A stretch of 63,989 nucleotides of DNA, filler included, from Thermoplasmatota archaeon (GTDB lineage Archaea > Thermoplasmatota > E2 > JACPAO01 > JAHFTW01): the NCBI GenBank assembly GCA_041623215.1. It is 9 parts of 9 records of this genome, joined end to end, with 100 filler letters (N's around TTAATTAATTAA, not from the genome) between each part and the next. Parts side by side here need not be neighbours in the genome. Positions count along the whole stretch, not along the records: positions 15,506 to 23,036 come from JBFJXH010000081.1; positions 23,137 to 30,613 come from JBFJXH010000082.1; 7 more parts are not named here. One strand, written 5' to 3'. Below the pieces are notes generated by a model. It did no database searches. It saw nothing but the letters and a program-made list of their open reading frames with translations, and was not told the DNA's origin. Shown piece by piece: positions 19,363-29,332 of the stretch. Positions within the stretch are counted from its first letter, which is position 1; each line of letters begins with the position of its first letter. The translations under genes and the position numbers were made by a program.

Positions 19363-21900
19363 CTAGGCGCCGGCGGTTCGCGCCTCGTCATCGGCGGCCC
19401 ATGCATCCAAGACCGAGCTAATCTCGCGCTTGCGAGCGGCCGCAATGTGGCGCTGATTGGCTAGCAATTCCTTCGCCACCGCCATGTCTGCCCGGCTGAA
19501 TTCTCCATCCTTGATGAGACGCTCCAATGCCACGACCACGCCGTGGGGAATGTCTGCGTAGTCGAAACCGAACGCGGCCAGGCGGGCCCGGACGTAGGCG
19601 CGATCGAGACGTGTCTCGACGATGCCGTAGTGGTCCGTGGGGATGCGCCCTTTATCCAGGGCTCGGCGCAAATCTCGGTGGAGTGCGGCAAGACTGTTTT
19701 GCAGGGCGACGGGGTCTTCGCTATGCTCTCGGCGCAGGCGGTCAACGTCCCGAAGATACGCACGGAGGCGGGCGCGGCGCCGAAGGACGAGCCCGGCTGA
19801 AACGAGCACCGTAAGAATCGCAAGCGCCACCCCGATGATGTCCCAGAAATTCGTGATGCCGAAAGGTTCCGCCCAAAAGCTGGGTGGTGCAACTGCACTG
19901 GCAGACGCGAACGCAAGGACCCCGCCGTCCCGCTCTGCCGTATCAAGGACAGAAACCGCAGCGGAGCCAGTGGCCGTTGTGCGCAGTAAAAACGTCCCGG
20001 CGGCCAGCGTTTCTAGTGGCTGCTCCAGGCCTTGTGAGTCGCCGAGGCAGGCTCGCGGCGCGTAGATGGCCACGATGCCCGCACCGCTTCCCGCGGTGAC
20101 TTGGCCGCGACCAGTGGCGGTCCACGGTACGCCCGAGGGATCCGTAGGATTGGGGCCAAACAGCGTGTCCTGGGCGCAGAAAGCCGTTCCTGCTTGACCT
20201 GTGCGCAGGATGTAGCCCAGCATGATGTCGCCACCGTCAACAGCCGTTTGCACGGCGTACACCACGGCGTCATAGCCCAAGGGGACCTCCACGCTGTTGA
20301 GGTTTTGGACTTGGACCACGGCGCGCGCTTCATGCTCGCCCTCGCCCACCAAGCTGAACCCCGTAATGTCGAATGCGCGCGGGTCCTGCCCAATCGTACT
20401 GAGGTCTGCGGGCAAGACCACGTCCCCTTCGTCGTCCTCGCCCGAGATGCCTTCAGCCACCGCATCGTCGGGTGCATCAAATTGGAAGACGTAATTGGGC
20501 CCTGCCGCCAAGTCAGTCATGCGAAGGTTTTGGATGTACGAGTAACCCAAGGTTTCTTGGAGGATGGCCGGGGGGTATTGCGAGCTGCCCGTTCCTGCCA
20601 AGCTCATAAAACCCTGAACATGCGAGCCTGCAGCAATGGGTCGCAGGTCCGCTCGTCGCAAATGGAACGTCACGGTTCCGGGCTGGCCTTCCTCGACTTC
20701 AACCTCGGCAGGCACGTTTTCGACGGGGCCGACACCGGCACCCAAGTCTGAGTCTCGTTGCACCGTGGTGGATTCAACGCCACCCGTGCGGAAATAGAGT
20801 AGCACGTAGGATTCGTTGCCAGCTACAAAATTGACGCCGGTGCGAATGTCGGCTCCAGCAGCAATGCGCCCGTAGCCAACTTGGACCGCAAGGTGCGTCG
20901 GAGTCTCGTTGATGCCCAAATGCACGATGTCGAGTGAGGGGTCCTCAGGAGTGCCGATGTCGATATCAGGCAGCATGCTCGGTCGCTGATTGGGGGCGGA
21001 GGCCAACGGCACTTCAAGGCGCCCGCCATTCTCGGTGCTATCCACCGAATATCCTTCGCTGTGAGGGATGTACAAGGTCCCGCGGGTCACCACGCCCCCG
21101 TAGCCAATCCGCCAGGCACCCCACTCCGGGTCGAACACCACATTGGTGCCAGCGGAGAAATTGTAGTAGGGGCCCGGACCAAGCCACCATGTGGGTGCCC
21201 TGAAGGTGACGGCTCCCGGCGTGCCAAACGTTGCTTCCATGTCCGCGTGCACTAAGCAAACGCCGGCCCGGCCACTACATTGGCCACCCCACTGGTCGCC
21301 GTCGGTTGCCACGCCGGGGCACACGTTGTGCAATCGCTGGGCGACTGAAATCGTCGTCAGTTGGCCGTTCAGGGGATACACGAAGCCCCCAAGGGCGTTG
21401 GTGCAATCGCCATCGTCCATCCGGTCGAAGGCAAGGCCAAATTGGGCGCCCAGGCGCTGATCTGCATCCACCGCGTTGGCGAATCCTGGTTCCAGGGATG
21501 CCAGGTGAATCGTTGCCTCAAGGTGGCCATCCACAATGCGGCCTGAGAGCCCGGTGATGTCTAATCCCTCGCGCGCCGGGATGCCCTCGATGGGGGCCTC
21601 GCCGCCCACGTCCGAGCAAGTCCCTTGCAGGTCTCTGACGGCGGAGCAGCCGTTCACGAGAACGTCGCGAAAGTAGTCGCGATTCCATTCCCGGGCATCT
21701 CCCTCGGCGTCTTCTACCAGCATGACTGGCTCTTCAGGCGCCGCTCGTGCTGCGCCGCTGCCATCGTCGCGGCTGTCGCTCGGGGCCCCGCTGCCTTGCC
21801 CACTCTCGAGGGTGGTAGAATCTTCGCCCTGGCCCAGGCATCCGCTGAGCAAAAACACCAATGCGAGGAGGACCGGGAGGACCGGCGGCCGGCGAGTCAC
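19363..21900 (-). CDS. Lipoprotein-like surface protein with repeated D..GD/LDI beta domains, a C-terminal TM helix and a cytoplasmic tail
   Basis: LLSGC lipobox; EDAEGD..LDITG, SLDIVH, EDDEGD..FDITG; TM WDIIGVALAIL followed by RRRAR. Confidence 0.7.
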   Translation of the reverse strand: MTRRPPVLPVLLALVFLLSGCLGQGEDSTTLESGQGSGAPSDSRDDGSGAARAAPEEPVMLVEDAEGDAREWNRDYFRDVLVNGCSAVRDLQGTCSDVGGEAPIEGIPAREGLDITGLSGRIVDGHLEATIHLASLEPGFANAVDADQRLGAQFGLAFDRMDDGDCTNALGGFVYPLNGQLTTISVAQRLHNVCPGVATDGDQWGGQCSGRAGVCLVHADMEATFGTPGAVTFRAPTWWLGPGPYYNFSAGTNVVFDPEWGAWRIGYGGVVTRGTLYIPHSEGYSVDSTENGGRLEVPLASAPNQRPSMLPDIDIGTPEDPSLDIVHLGINETPTHLAVQVGYGRIAAGADIRTGVNFVAGNESYVLLYFRTGGVESTTVQRDSDLGAGVGPVENVPAEVEVEEGQPGTVTFHLRRADLRPIAAGSHVQGFMSLAGTGSSQYPPAILQETLGYSYIQNLRMTDLAAGPNYVFQFDAPDDAVAEGISGEDDEGDVVLPADLSTIGQDPRAFDITGFSLVGEGEHEARAVVQVQNLNSVEVPLGYDAVVYAVQTAVDGGDIMLGYILRTGQAGTAFCAQDTLFGPNPTDPSGVPWTATGRGQVTAGSGAGIVAIYAPRACLGDSQGLEQPLETLAAGTFLLRTTATGSAAVSVLDTAERDGGVLAFASASAVAPPSFWAEPFGITNFWDIIGVALAILTVLVSAGLVLRRRARLRAYLRDVDRLRREHSEDPVALQNSLAALHRDLRRALDKGRIPTDHYGIVETRLDRAYVRARLAAFGFDYADIPHGVVVALERLIKDGEFSRADMAVAKELLANQRHIAAARKREISSVLDAWAADDEARTAGA

Positions 21901-21989
21901 GGAACGCCACCACTCTTAGGCCTCTTGAAGGGCACGGCTGGCATCGCGGCGACAATCGGGACGGGACCTTCCCCCTTCATGTGCCGTAG

Positions 21990-22718
21990 TTAGGCCAAGG
22001 CGGCTTCCGTGAACTCGTCTTCCCGATGAGCTAGAAGGAGCAGAATCATGGCCGTAATGGCGAGGCCTGGGCCCAGCACATAGAAGCCCAATCCGGCCAC
22101 ACCCGCCACGGCACCCAACCAGCCTGCCCACGGCCGGCGAACGTGGAATACCTCGAAGGCGCCGTACAAGGCAATGGCGCCAGCAACGACGTTGATGAAG
22201 GCAAAGGTTGACGGCGTGTCGGGAAAGAGGGGCGCAGTCAAATTGTCGGCAAACAGCATGCCGGCCTGGAAGAGGCTCACGATGCCGGCCACAAGGAGCA
22301 TCAAACTGGCGGCCAGCGCCTTGTCGGGCCAAAGGCTCGCGTCCCAGGTGTCATCGTCGTGAATGGTTTCTTCACCCTCCACATGGCTCATCACCAGGAA
22401 GATGATGGCGACCAGCGAAAGAATGGGTACGAGGCCCAGCATGCCCATGCTGATGAGGCCCGCGACCACACCAAGCCATACCCAGACGGCGGCTTGGAAT
22501 CGAATCGCCAAGGTGCCCAGCAGAATCATGAGGGCGCCCGCCAGCAATCCAACCCATGGCGGGTAGGGTAGGAGCCAGCCCGGAATGTCATTTCCAATGG
22601 TCGCTCCAGTGGACATAAGGAGCGAAAACAGGACGGCAAGTCCTCCGCCAAGCGTCACCGTCATGGCGGCGAACATGATCTTGTCGGGCCATTCGGGGTC
22701 GTGTCCGGCCTCAGCCAT
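21990..22718 (-). CDS. Membrane protein with two-fold internal repeat
   Basis: WPDKIMFAA/WPDKALAAS and SHVEGE/AHREDE repeats; about 8 TM helices. Confidence 0.7.
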   Translation of the reverse strand: MAEAGHDPEWPDKIMFAAMTVTLGGGLAVLFSLLMSTGATIGNDIPGWLLPYPPWVGLLAGALMILLGTLAIRFQAAVWVWLGVVAGLISMGMLGLVPILSLVAIIFLVMSHVEGEETIHDDDTWDASLWPDKALAASLMLLVAGIVSLFQAGMLFADNLTAPLFPDTPSTFAFINVVAGAIALYGAFEVFHVRRPWAGWLGAVAGVAGLGFYVLGPGLAITAMILLLLAHREDEFTEAALA

Positions 22719-23136
22719 GCGTCCCTACCTACCACTGGGCTCATGAATGTTGGCAGTTGCTGCGGGCGAGCTTACGCCTGGAGAAAATTGCATGCCTCGG
22801 GACACCGACGTCCGACCTTACTCAACATCCGCTTCGATGGCGTCCGCCAGCGGGGGATTCTTTGAACGGCCAGCCAATCCCGGCGCGTGGAGCAGCCACC
22901 CGCTTTGGAATCACCAACGCCAAACATGGCCGCGTGGGCTTCCACTCCGGCTCGCGACGCCATGCGTGTCGCCACAGACCTCGCAGCCACGCCGCATGAC
23001 AAGGGGGCCATTAAGGCAAGCTTGCAAGAAGGCCGCNNNNNNNNNNNNNNNNNNNNNNNNNNNNNNNNNNNNNNNNNNNNTTAATTAATTAANNNNNNNN
23101 NNNNNNNNNNNNNNNNNNNNNNNNNNNNNNNNNNNN

Positions 23137-23304
23137 AACCACGCCATTTTGTGGCACCGCAAAGCATGTGGTGTCGGCGTGAACGCAGCGCGCTTCTAGG
23201 ACGAATTCGCCGGCATAGTAGTCCGACGTGTGCCAAGTCGTGGCCTGGGCGCCGGCAAGGCCGACGATGAGGGCCACTATGCACGAACCAGCCAACCGTC
23301 GCAT
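23137..23304 (-). CDS. Secreted protein, N-terminal fragment (truncated)
   Basis: MRRLAGSCIVALIVGLAGAQA signal peptide; frame runs into the linker. Confidence 0.5.
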
Positions 23305-23441
23305 GAAGGCTCAGTCGTGCCCGCGTTGATAGGATTTGGCAACCGGGCGCCGCGGCAAGTTTTCGGCGTATGTCGTGCAGGTTCCACAATCGTCGAAGCG
23401 GATTTCCCGACGCTTTTTCATAGAGGCCGTTTCGCGCGCCC

Positions 23442-24515
23442 GTGGCCATTGGCATCCTCGGCTATGGAGCGTACGTCCCCCGGTACCGCATTAGTAGCGA
23501 CGAGATTGCCCGCGTATGGGGCGATGATGCGAATATTGGCGTAGCGTTGAACGTCCACCAAAAGTCCATCCCTGGGCCGGATGAGGACGTTGCGACCATT
23601 AGCGTTGAGGCCGCTCGCCAAGCCATGCGTCGGGCAGCCGACGGCGGCCACCACGACCCCCAGCACATCGGCGCCATCTACGTTGGGTCCGAATCGCACC
23701 CCTATGCCGTCAAGCCAACCGGCACCATTGTTCAAACCGCCATCGGCGCAGGCCCGTACCTGACCATGGCGGATTACGAGTTTGCCTGCAAGGCCGGCAC
23801 AGCTGCGGTCCAAAGTGGCATGGCCATGGTTGCGTCGGGCATGGCCAAGACGGTCTTGGCGGTTGGAGCGGATACCAGTCAAGGCGCACCTCGCAATGCG
23901 CTTGAGTACAGCGCCAGCGCGGGCGGTGCGGCGCTTCTCATTGGCGACGACAAAAAACGCGTAGTTGCTGAACTGAATCGAACAGCGAGTTTCACGACGG
24001 ATACGCCCGATTTCTGGCGTCGAGAAGGGCAGAAGTACCCAAGTCATGGCGAGCGTTTCACGGGCGAACCGGCCTATTTCCGGCATGTTCGCGAAGCGAG
24101 TCAACGGCTGCTTGCCGAAGTGGGGGCCAAGCCGACCGATTATGACCACTGTGTCTTCCATCAGCCCAACGGCAAGTTCCCCGTCGCGGCCGCCAAGAAG
24201 CTGGGCTTCACCCCCGAACAGTGGAAGCACGGCTTGTTGGCGCCGCGCATTGGCAACACCTACTCCGGCGCCGTGCTATTGGGCCTCGTCAACATCTTGG
24301 ATCACGCCGAGCCAGGGGACCGCATTTTCATGTGCGGCTACGGCTCCGGGGCTGGTAGCGATGCCTTTGACATCACGGTTACCAAGAACATCGCGCGCTA
24401 CCCGCGCGGCGACGACGAAAGGCTTGAGAGCCGCCTGGCCGAGACGACGATGGTGGACTATGCGACCTACGCCAAGTTCCGGGGCAAGCTGGTGATGGCG
24501 GAGGGGGTCGTATGA
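23442..24515 (+). CDS. Hydroxymethylglutaryl-CoA synthase (archaeal type)
   Basis: [46 protein letters not shown]. Confidence 0.95.
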   Translation: MAIGILGYGAYVPRYRISSDEIARVWGDDANIGVALNVHQKSIPGPDEDVATISVEAARQAMRRAADGGHHDPQHIGAIYVGSESHPYAVKPTGTIVQTAIGAGPYLTMADYEFACKAGTAAVQSGMAMVASGMAKTVLAVGADTSQGAPRNALEYSASAGGAALLIGDDKKRVVAELNRTASFTTDTPDFWRREGQKYPSHGERFTGEPAYFRHVREASQRLLAEVGAKPTDYDHCVFHQPNGKFPVAAAKKLGFTPEQWKHGLLAPRIGNTYSGAVLLGLVNILDHAEPGDRIFMCGYGSGAGSDAFDITVTKNIARYPRGDDERLESRLAETTMVDYATYAKFRGKLVMAEGVV

Positions 24516-24550
24516 CGCGGGAAGCAGTTGGCGTCGGCCGGTCTGCACCG

Positions 24551-25732
24551 ATGGATGCCTACGTGATTGGCGTGGCGCATACCCGCTTCGGCGAGGCATG
24601 GGACCGCTCGCTGCGGGACCTCATGACGGAGGCTGGCTTAGCTGCCATCGAGGACGCGGGCGTCGCGGGCGAATCCATCGACGAAGTGTTTCTTGGCACC
24701 ATGAGCACGGGCAAACACGTTGGCCAAGAACACGTGGCCCCCTTGCTGTTGGATGGAGCCGGCCTTGGTAGCTTGCATTTGCCAGCGACACGCATTGAGG
24801 CGGCGGGAGCAAGCGGCGGCGTGGCCTTCCGGGCAGCGGTCACCAATATTCGCTCCGGTGCAAGCGACGTGGTCGTCGTGGGCGGCGTCGAGAAGATGAC
24901 CGATGTGAGCGACCGCGACCAGGCAGCCATCCAGGCGAGCGGACTCGACGTAGAATGGGAACATGTCCACGGCGCCACCCATGCCAGCCAACACGCGCTA
25001 TTGGCCAAGGCCCACATGGCCCGCTACGACACAACGCGCGACCAATTGGCCGCAGTGGCAGTGAAGAATCACGCACATGCCACCAAGAATCCTCTAGCCC
25101 AATTCCAACGGGCGATTCAGCCGGAAATGGTGACGGGTTCGCCCGTGCTGGCCGACCCGCTTACGATGTTTGATGCTGCGCCAGCCAGCGACGGAGCCGC
25201 CGTAGCAGTCCTAGCCAGCAGCCGAGTGATTGACCGCTTCAACCGCAAGCGGGCCGTCCGCGTCTCCGGCAGTGGTCAAGGCAGCGATTGCCTCGCGCTG
25301 CATGGACGAGCCAGCCTCACGGCGCATGAAGCAACGCGGGCCGCAGCCCGCCGCGCCTACCAACAGGCGGGCATTAGCCCCGCAGACATCGATGTTGCCG
25401 AAGTTCACGACAACTACACCATCAGCGAGCTTCTTGCCATCGAAGACTTGGCCCTCGTCAAGCCGGGCCACGGCGGCCCAGCTACGATTAACGGCCGCAC
25501 CACGTATGGAGGCGACCTTGTGGTCAACCCTAGCGGCGGCTTGAAGGCAAGGGGACATCCGGCGGGTGCCACAGGCATCGCCCAAATCTGTGAGATCACG
25601 TGGCAACTTCGTGGAGATGCGGGCGAACGGCAAGTGCCGGGGGCGCGCATCGGGGTCGCCCACAATGCCGGGGGCACTGGAGCCACGGCCGTGGTGCATG
25701 TGCTCGAATGTGCTGAGGAGGCCACCAAATGA
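24551..25732 (+). CDS. Thiolase-family protein (acetyl-CoA acetyltransferase-like) lacking both catalytic Cys
   Basis: GGVEKMT, VAVKNH, VNPSGGLKARGHP, HNAGG; RIEAAGASGG and VHDNYT. Alternative start at 24512. Confidence 0.88.
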   Translation: MDAYVIGVAHTRFGEAWDRSLRDLMTEAGLAAIEDAGVAGESIDEVFLGTMSTGKHVGQEHVAPLLLDGAGLGSLHLPATRIEAAGASGGVAFRAAVTNIRSGASDVVVVGGVEKMTDVSDRDQAAIQASGLDVEWEHVHGATHASQHALLAKAHMARYDTTRDQLAAVAVKNHAHATKNPLAQFQRAIQPEMVTGSPVLADPLTMFDAAPASDGAAVAVLASSRVIDRFNRKRAVRVSGSGQGSDCLALHGRASLTAHEATRAAARRAYQQAGISPADIDVAEVHDNYTISELLAIEDLALVKPGHGGPATINGRTTYGGDLVVNPSGGLKARGHPAGATGIAQICEITWQLRGDAGERQVPGARIGVAHNAGGTGATAVVHVLECAEEATK

Positions 25733-26169
25733 GCGTCCCTCGCTTCTGGCGCGAAATACCCCAGCGCTACAACCTAGAGGCAAGCCAGTGTGGCAACTGC
25801 CAGCGCATTCACTTCCCACCACGGCACATTTGTCCGACCTGCCGCCGCGCCAGCATTGGAAAAATGCAAACCACTCAACTTGAAGGCCGTGGCACGATTC
25901 TGGAAGCGACTCGGGTCCACAAGGCTGCACCCGGCTACGAAGGCCAAGTGCCCTACTACGTGGCGTTGATTCAGACGGCTGAAGGGCCTGTGCTCACCGG
26001 ACAAGTCGTCGATTCGCCCTTCGAGGCAATCGTGCCGGGGGCCTCCGTGGCATCGGTCTTTCGCCGCTTGGGCGCAGACGGCGACGCGGGAGTCATCCAT
26101 TATGGCACCAAGTGGCAGGTGCGCGCCTCGAAGGAGGCGGCTCCCAGCAAAGAGTATGACATCGCTTAG
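25729..26169 (+). CDS. DUF35 Zn-ribbon/OB-fold scaffold protein
   Basis: CGNC..FPPR..CPTC, VFRRL, GVIHYG; canonical third gene of the cluster. Confidence 0.92.
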   Translation: MSVPRFWREIPQRYNLEASQCGNCQRIHFPPRHICPTCRRASIGKMQTTQLEGRGTILEATRVHKAAPGYEGQVPYYVALIQTAEGPVLTGQVVDSPFEAIVPGASVASVFRRLGADGDAGVIHYGTKWQVRASKEAAPSKEYDIA

Positions 26170-26217
26170 AGATCGGTGTCAGGTTGACCCGGATGCGGTC
26201 CATCCAGGCAGCAGGAA

Positions 26218-26291
26218 TGGGGAATCGGGGACTCGAACCCCGGATCTTCGGATTATGAGTCCGACGCCCTAACCAACTAGGCCAATTCCCC
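26218..26291 (-). tRNA. tRNA with CAT anticodon (probably elongator Met; Ile2 not excluded)
   Basis: GGGGAAT/ATTCCCC acceptor, TCGGA-CTCATAA-TCCGA, T-loop TTCGAGT; no A1-U72, so not initiator. Confidence 0.9.
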
Positions 26292-26377
26292 AGGCAGGTC
26301 CGCGCGACGCGACCTTGCGGCCTTGGCGGCCGCACAAACTGCGCCCACGAATGCGAGCGGTGGGCCCAAGAGCCCAG

Positions 26378-26450
26378 TGGAGCGGGAGGGATTTGAACCC
26401 CCGGCCTCGTCCATGCCAAGGACGCGATCTTCCAACTGATCTACCGCCCC
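26378..26450 (-). tRNA. tRNA-Ala(GGC)
   Basis: GGGGCGG/CCGCTCC with G3:U70, CGTCC-TTGGCAT-GGACG, T-loop TTCAAAT. Confidence 0.93.
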
Positions 26451-26568
26451 GAAGCGACGGGCAAAGCCCGTTATTTCGGCGCCCTCTTGGTGCTGCCAGG
26501 AGGACGAGCCCCGCGACTTGGGGGCGCTATTTGACCCCTTCTATGGGGGGATGTAGCGTGCCTTGTGG

Positions 26569-27336
26569 TCAGTTGGTCAACGCCTCGTGGTCTGCGTGCT
26601 CGCTGGCGTCCAGTTGTGATTCTTTGCTGCGCACCGCATCCTGGATTTGCTGCACATTTTGCATGATGATTTTCGTCACCAAGGCATCCATGCGTTCGTC
26701 CCGGAGCATGTCGATGACCACCCGTTGGCCAATGCGGCTGGTTCCCTCTACCACGTCGTCAAAGAAGGGCAAGTGGCGGATGCGACCCAAGTCGGGATCC
26801 TCCTTTACCTTCTCAACCGCAATGTGCACCATGTCGTCCCCGTATTCGTCGAGGGCATCGGCCAGGTTGCTGCAATAGCGACCTTTGCCCATGACTGCCG
26901 CGGTTTCATCAAGCACACGAAGCGTTACGATGCCGCTAATGGCATCCGCGATCGTGCGCTTGAAGCGGCGCACAACCCTGTAGGTGAATTCCTCGCCAAA
27001 CGCTCGGTCGGCGGCCCTGCCAAAGCGCGACAGAATCACAATGATGCGGATAAACCGTAGCAGACGGAAACTGCGAATGGCCGGGTGGCTGACCGGAATC
27101 ATACCCAAAATCTCGTACCAGTTGCGAAATGGGAATTGCTTGGGATTGTCCGACTTGGCCCAGCGGATGCTGAATTCGACGGCAAATACGGCGATGATCG
27201 CCAAATCAATGCGGAAGACTGCTTGCTGCTGGTCGGGACTCAGGTCGCTTGTCATTTCCCACACTAGGAGCGCAATGCTTCCCAGCGCTAGGCCAAGCAT
27301 GATCCAGTCGGTGATGCGGATACGGGGCCGCGCCAT
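26569..27336 (-). CDS. Ion-transport family protein: voltage-sensor-like S1-S4 domain plus soluble helical tail
   Basis: IDLAIIAVFAVEF, NWYEILGMIP, S4-like RSFRLLRFIRIIVILSRFGR; no GYG pore. Confidence 0.75.
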   Translation of the reverse strand: MARPRIRITDWIMLGLALGSIALLVWEMTSDLSPDQQQAVFRIDLAIIAVFAVEFSIRWAKSDNPKQFPFRNWYEILGMIPVSHPAIRSFRLLRFIRIIVILSRFGRAADRAFGEEFTYRVVRRFKRTIADAISGIVTLRVLDETAAVMGKGRYCSNLADALDEYGDDMVHIAVEKVKEDPDLGRIRHLPFFDDVVEGTSRIGQRVVIDMLRDERMDALVTKIIMQNVQQIQDAVRSKESQLDASEHADHEALTN

Positions 27337-27433
27337 GCTAGGGCCACGCGGGCGGCCACTCAAAGGTCTGCCTTCCTGGTTCCATGTAGGGGCCGCCTTG
27401 TTCCGCAACCGTCTTAAAGGAGGAAAATCACGG

Positions 27434-28081
27434 ATGCTTCGGGTAGTAGCCGTGCGTAAAGTTGCCATGTCCGCCTTGATTGCAGGACTTCTCATTCCAT
27501 TCGTCGCCGACGCGGACCACTCCACCTACGACCCCGACGGCTCGTTCTATCGCGATTGGGATTACCGCCTAACCACGGAGGAGTTCTTTGCGGGAACCGG
27601 CGATGGCAATGTCTACCTGGACCGAACGCTGGCCGGCAAGAATTTCGGCGGCGTAGAATTCCACTTGGATGGCATTGAACGGGCCTTCCGGTTGACGGCC
27701 TACAACACGCTCGTCGTGCCGGATACGGGGCCAACAAAGGTTGGCTTCCGTTACTTCATCACAGATGAGGATGCCAACGTGCTCGCTAATGGCCACGGGT
27801 GCCTTCGCATCTGGCCCACGGGCGACACCTACCTGCCGGTGCCCGACGGTGCTACCCACTTGACCGTCTACGTCGATGAGGTCATCGGGCCGGAGAACTG
27901 CACACCCTTTAGCCCGGCACCCGGCACGGCGCTTCATGGCTACGTGGACGCAGAGTTCATTGTTGACCGCGTCTGCACGCGTAGCGAGTGGCACAGCTAC
28001 GAGGCGGCGCCGGTGCCACCGCATGGCAACCCCTGCGTATGGATTTGGGAAGACGGCGGCCTCGTCCTGAGCGAGACCTAG
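27434..28081 (+). CDS. Secreted hypothetical protein
   Basis: Signal peptide ending ADA-DH; paired Cys; TTAAAG promoter-like motif upstream. Start could be 27467. Confidence 0.6.
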   Translation: MLRVVAVRKVAMSALIAGLLIPFVADADHSTYDPDGSFYRDWDYRLTTEEFFAGTGDGNVYLDRTLAGKNFGGVEFHLDGIERAFRLTAYNTLVVPDTGPTKVGFRYFITDEDANVLANGHGCLRIWPTGDTYLPVPDGATHLTVYVDEVIGPENCTPFSPAPGTALHGYVDAEFIVDRVCTRSEWHSYEAAPVPPHGNPCVWIWEDGGLVLSET

Positions 28082-28126
28082 GTTGTCTGCAGCATTCCAC
28101 GTCAGGCGGCGCGTTCCCGTTGGCCA

Positions 28127-28555
28127 CTAACCGTTGGACTCACGGGCGGGCTTGCTACCGGACTTGAAGGCCAACGCCGCTGAATTGATGCAATACCGCT
28201 CTCCGGTTTCCGTTGGGCCATCAGGGAATACATGGCCCAAATGTGCGCCGCACTTGGCGCAGCGTGTTTCGGTTCGCAGCATGCCGTGGGAGATGTCCTT
28301 GCGGCGTTCGACCGAGGTCCCTGGGCCACCGGCCTCGCGGTCAAAGGAGGGCCAGCCGCAGCCGGCGTCAAACTTGGCGGCAGACGCGAACAAATCTGCA
28401 TCGCAAACAACGCATGCATAGGTGCCTTCGCTCCAGTGTTGGTCGTATTCGCCGGTACCCGGTGCTTCCGTCGCCCCTTGTTGGGTGACGCGATATTGGA
28501 TATCCGTGAGCCGACCTCGTAGCGCCTCCGGCGAGTCTGGCTGCGTGTCCTTCAT
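28127..28555 (-). CDS. msrB: Peptide-methionine (R)-S-oxide reductase
   Basis: [40 protein letters not shown]. Confidence 0.96.
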   Translation of the reverse strand: MKDTQPDSPEALRGRLTDIQYRVTQQGATEAPGTGEYDQHWSEGTYACVVCDADLFASAAKFDAGCGWPSFDREAGGPGTSVERRKDISHGMLRTETRCAKCGAHLGHVFPDGPTETGERYCINSAALAFKSGSKPARESNG

Positions 28556-28667
28556 GGGTCGCCCATGGAACTGGCACGATTTGGCGTCGTCGGCTGGCGC
28601 CAATGGGGGCTTTGCCGCAGGCCGGGGGTCGCGTGGGTAGTGCGGCGAGCCCCTGCACAGGGTCTGC

Positions 28668-29216
28668 CTAGAACAGCAGGCCGAGGCTGCCGAGTTCGGC
28701 CGTAATCTTGTCCACGGCGTCTTCGGCATCGGTCTTTTGGCGGGCGCCCGTGCAAACCAGCTTGCCGCTGCCGAAGATGAGGACGACGACCTTGGGGTCG
28801 CTGAGGCGGTACACGAGGCCGGGGAACTGTTCGGGTTCGTATTCGACGTTCTCGAGACCAAGGCCGATGGCGATGGCGTTGAGGTTCAGTTCGGCGCCGA
28901 GGTCGCTGGTAGCGACGATGTTTTGAATCGTGATTTCGGGGTCATCGATGGTTTCGAAGCCGTGTGCGCGGAGGCGATCACAGACGATGCCGACGGCGGT
29001 GTGCACTTCGTCGATGCTCTTGGCGCCGGTGCAGACGACCTTGCCACTGCGGAAAATGAGGGCCGCGGTCTTGGGTTCGGGGACACGGAAAACCAGGCCG
29101 GGGAACTGCTCCGGTTCGTATTCGGCATTGCTGAACGTGGCACTGATGGCGTTGAGGTCAAGTTCCTCTCCAATGCTCGTGGATGCGACGACGTTCTGGA
29201 TGTGAATGACAGCCAT
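28668..29216 (-). CDS. tbp: TATA-box-binding protein
   Basis: Two repeats [28 protein letters not shown]. Confidence 0.97.
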   Translation of the reverse strand: MAVIHIQNVVASTSIGEELDLNAISATFSNAEYEPEQFPGLVFRVPEPKTAALIFRSGKVVCTGAKSIDEVHTAVGIVCDRLRAHGFETIDDPEITIQNIVATSDLGAELNLNAIAIGLGLENVEYEPEQFPGLVYRLSDPKVVVLIFGSGKLVCTGARQKTDAEDAVDKITAELGSLGLLF

Positions 29217-29248
29217 GGTGTTCCTCGATTGGGCCGAGCCTACTGGCC

Positions 29249-29312
29249 TATTTAAATGGCCAGCCACGCCTTATAACCTAGTATTTAACGCTAAAAGCCA
29301 AAGGGCATAAAA
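29249..29312. promoter_or_regulatory. AT-rich divergent promoter region (TATA boxes for tbp and the PAP2-like gene)
   Basis: TATTTAAAT, TTATAA, TATTTAA and CATAAAA clustered in otherwise GC-rich DNA between divergent starts. Confidence 0.6.
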
Positions 29313-29332
29313 GGGGACCTTGGTCGAAGCGC

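Noticed and set aside
22740..23036. Unassigned ~300 bp at a contig end (small ORFs on both strands)
   Set aside because: No recognisable protein motif or convincing RNA structure, and it is truncated by the linker.
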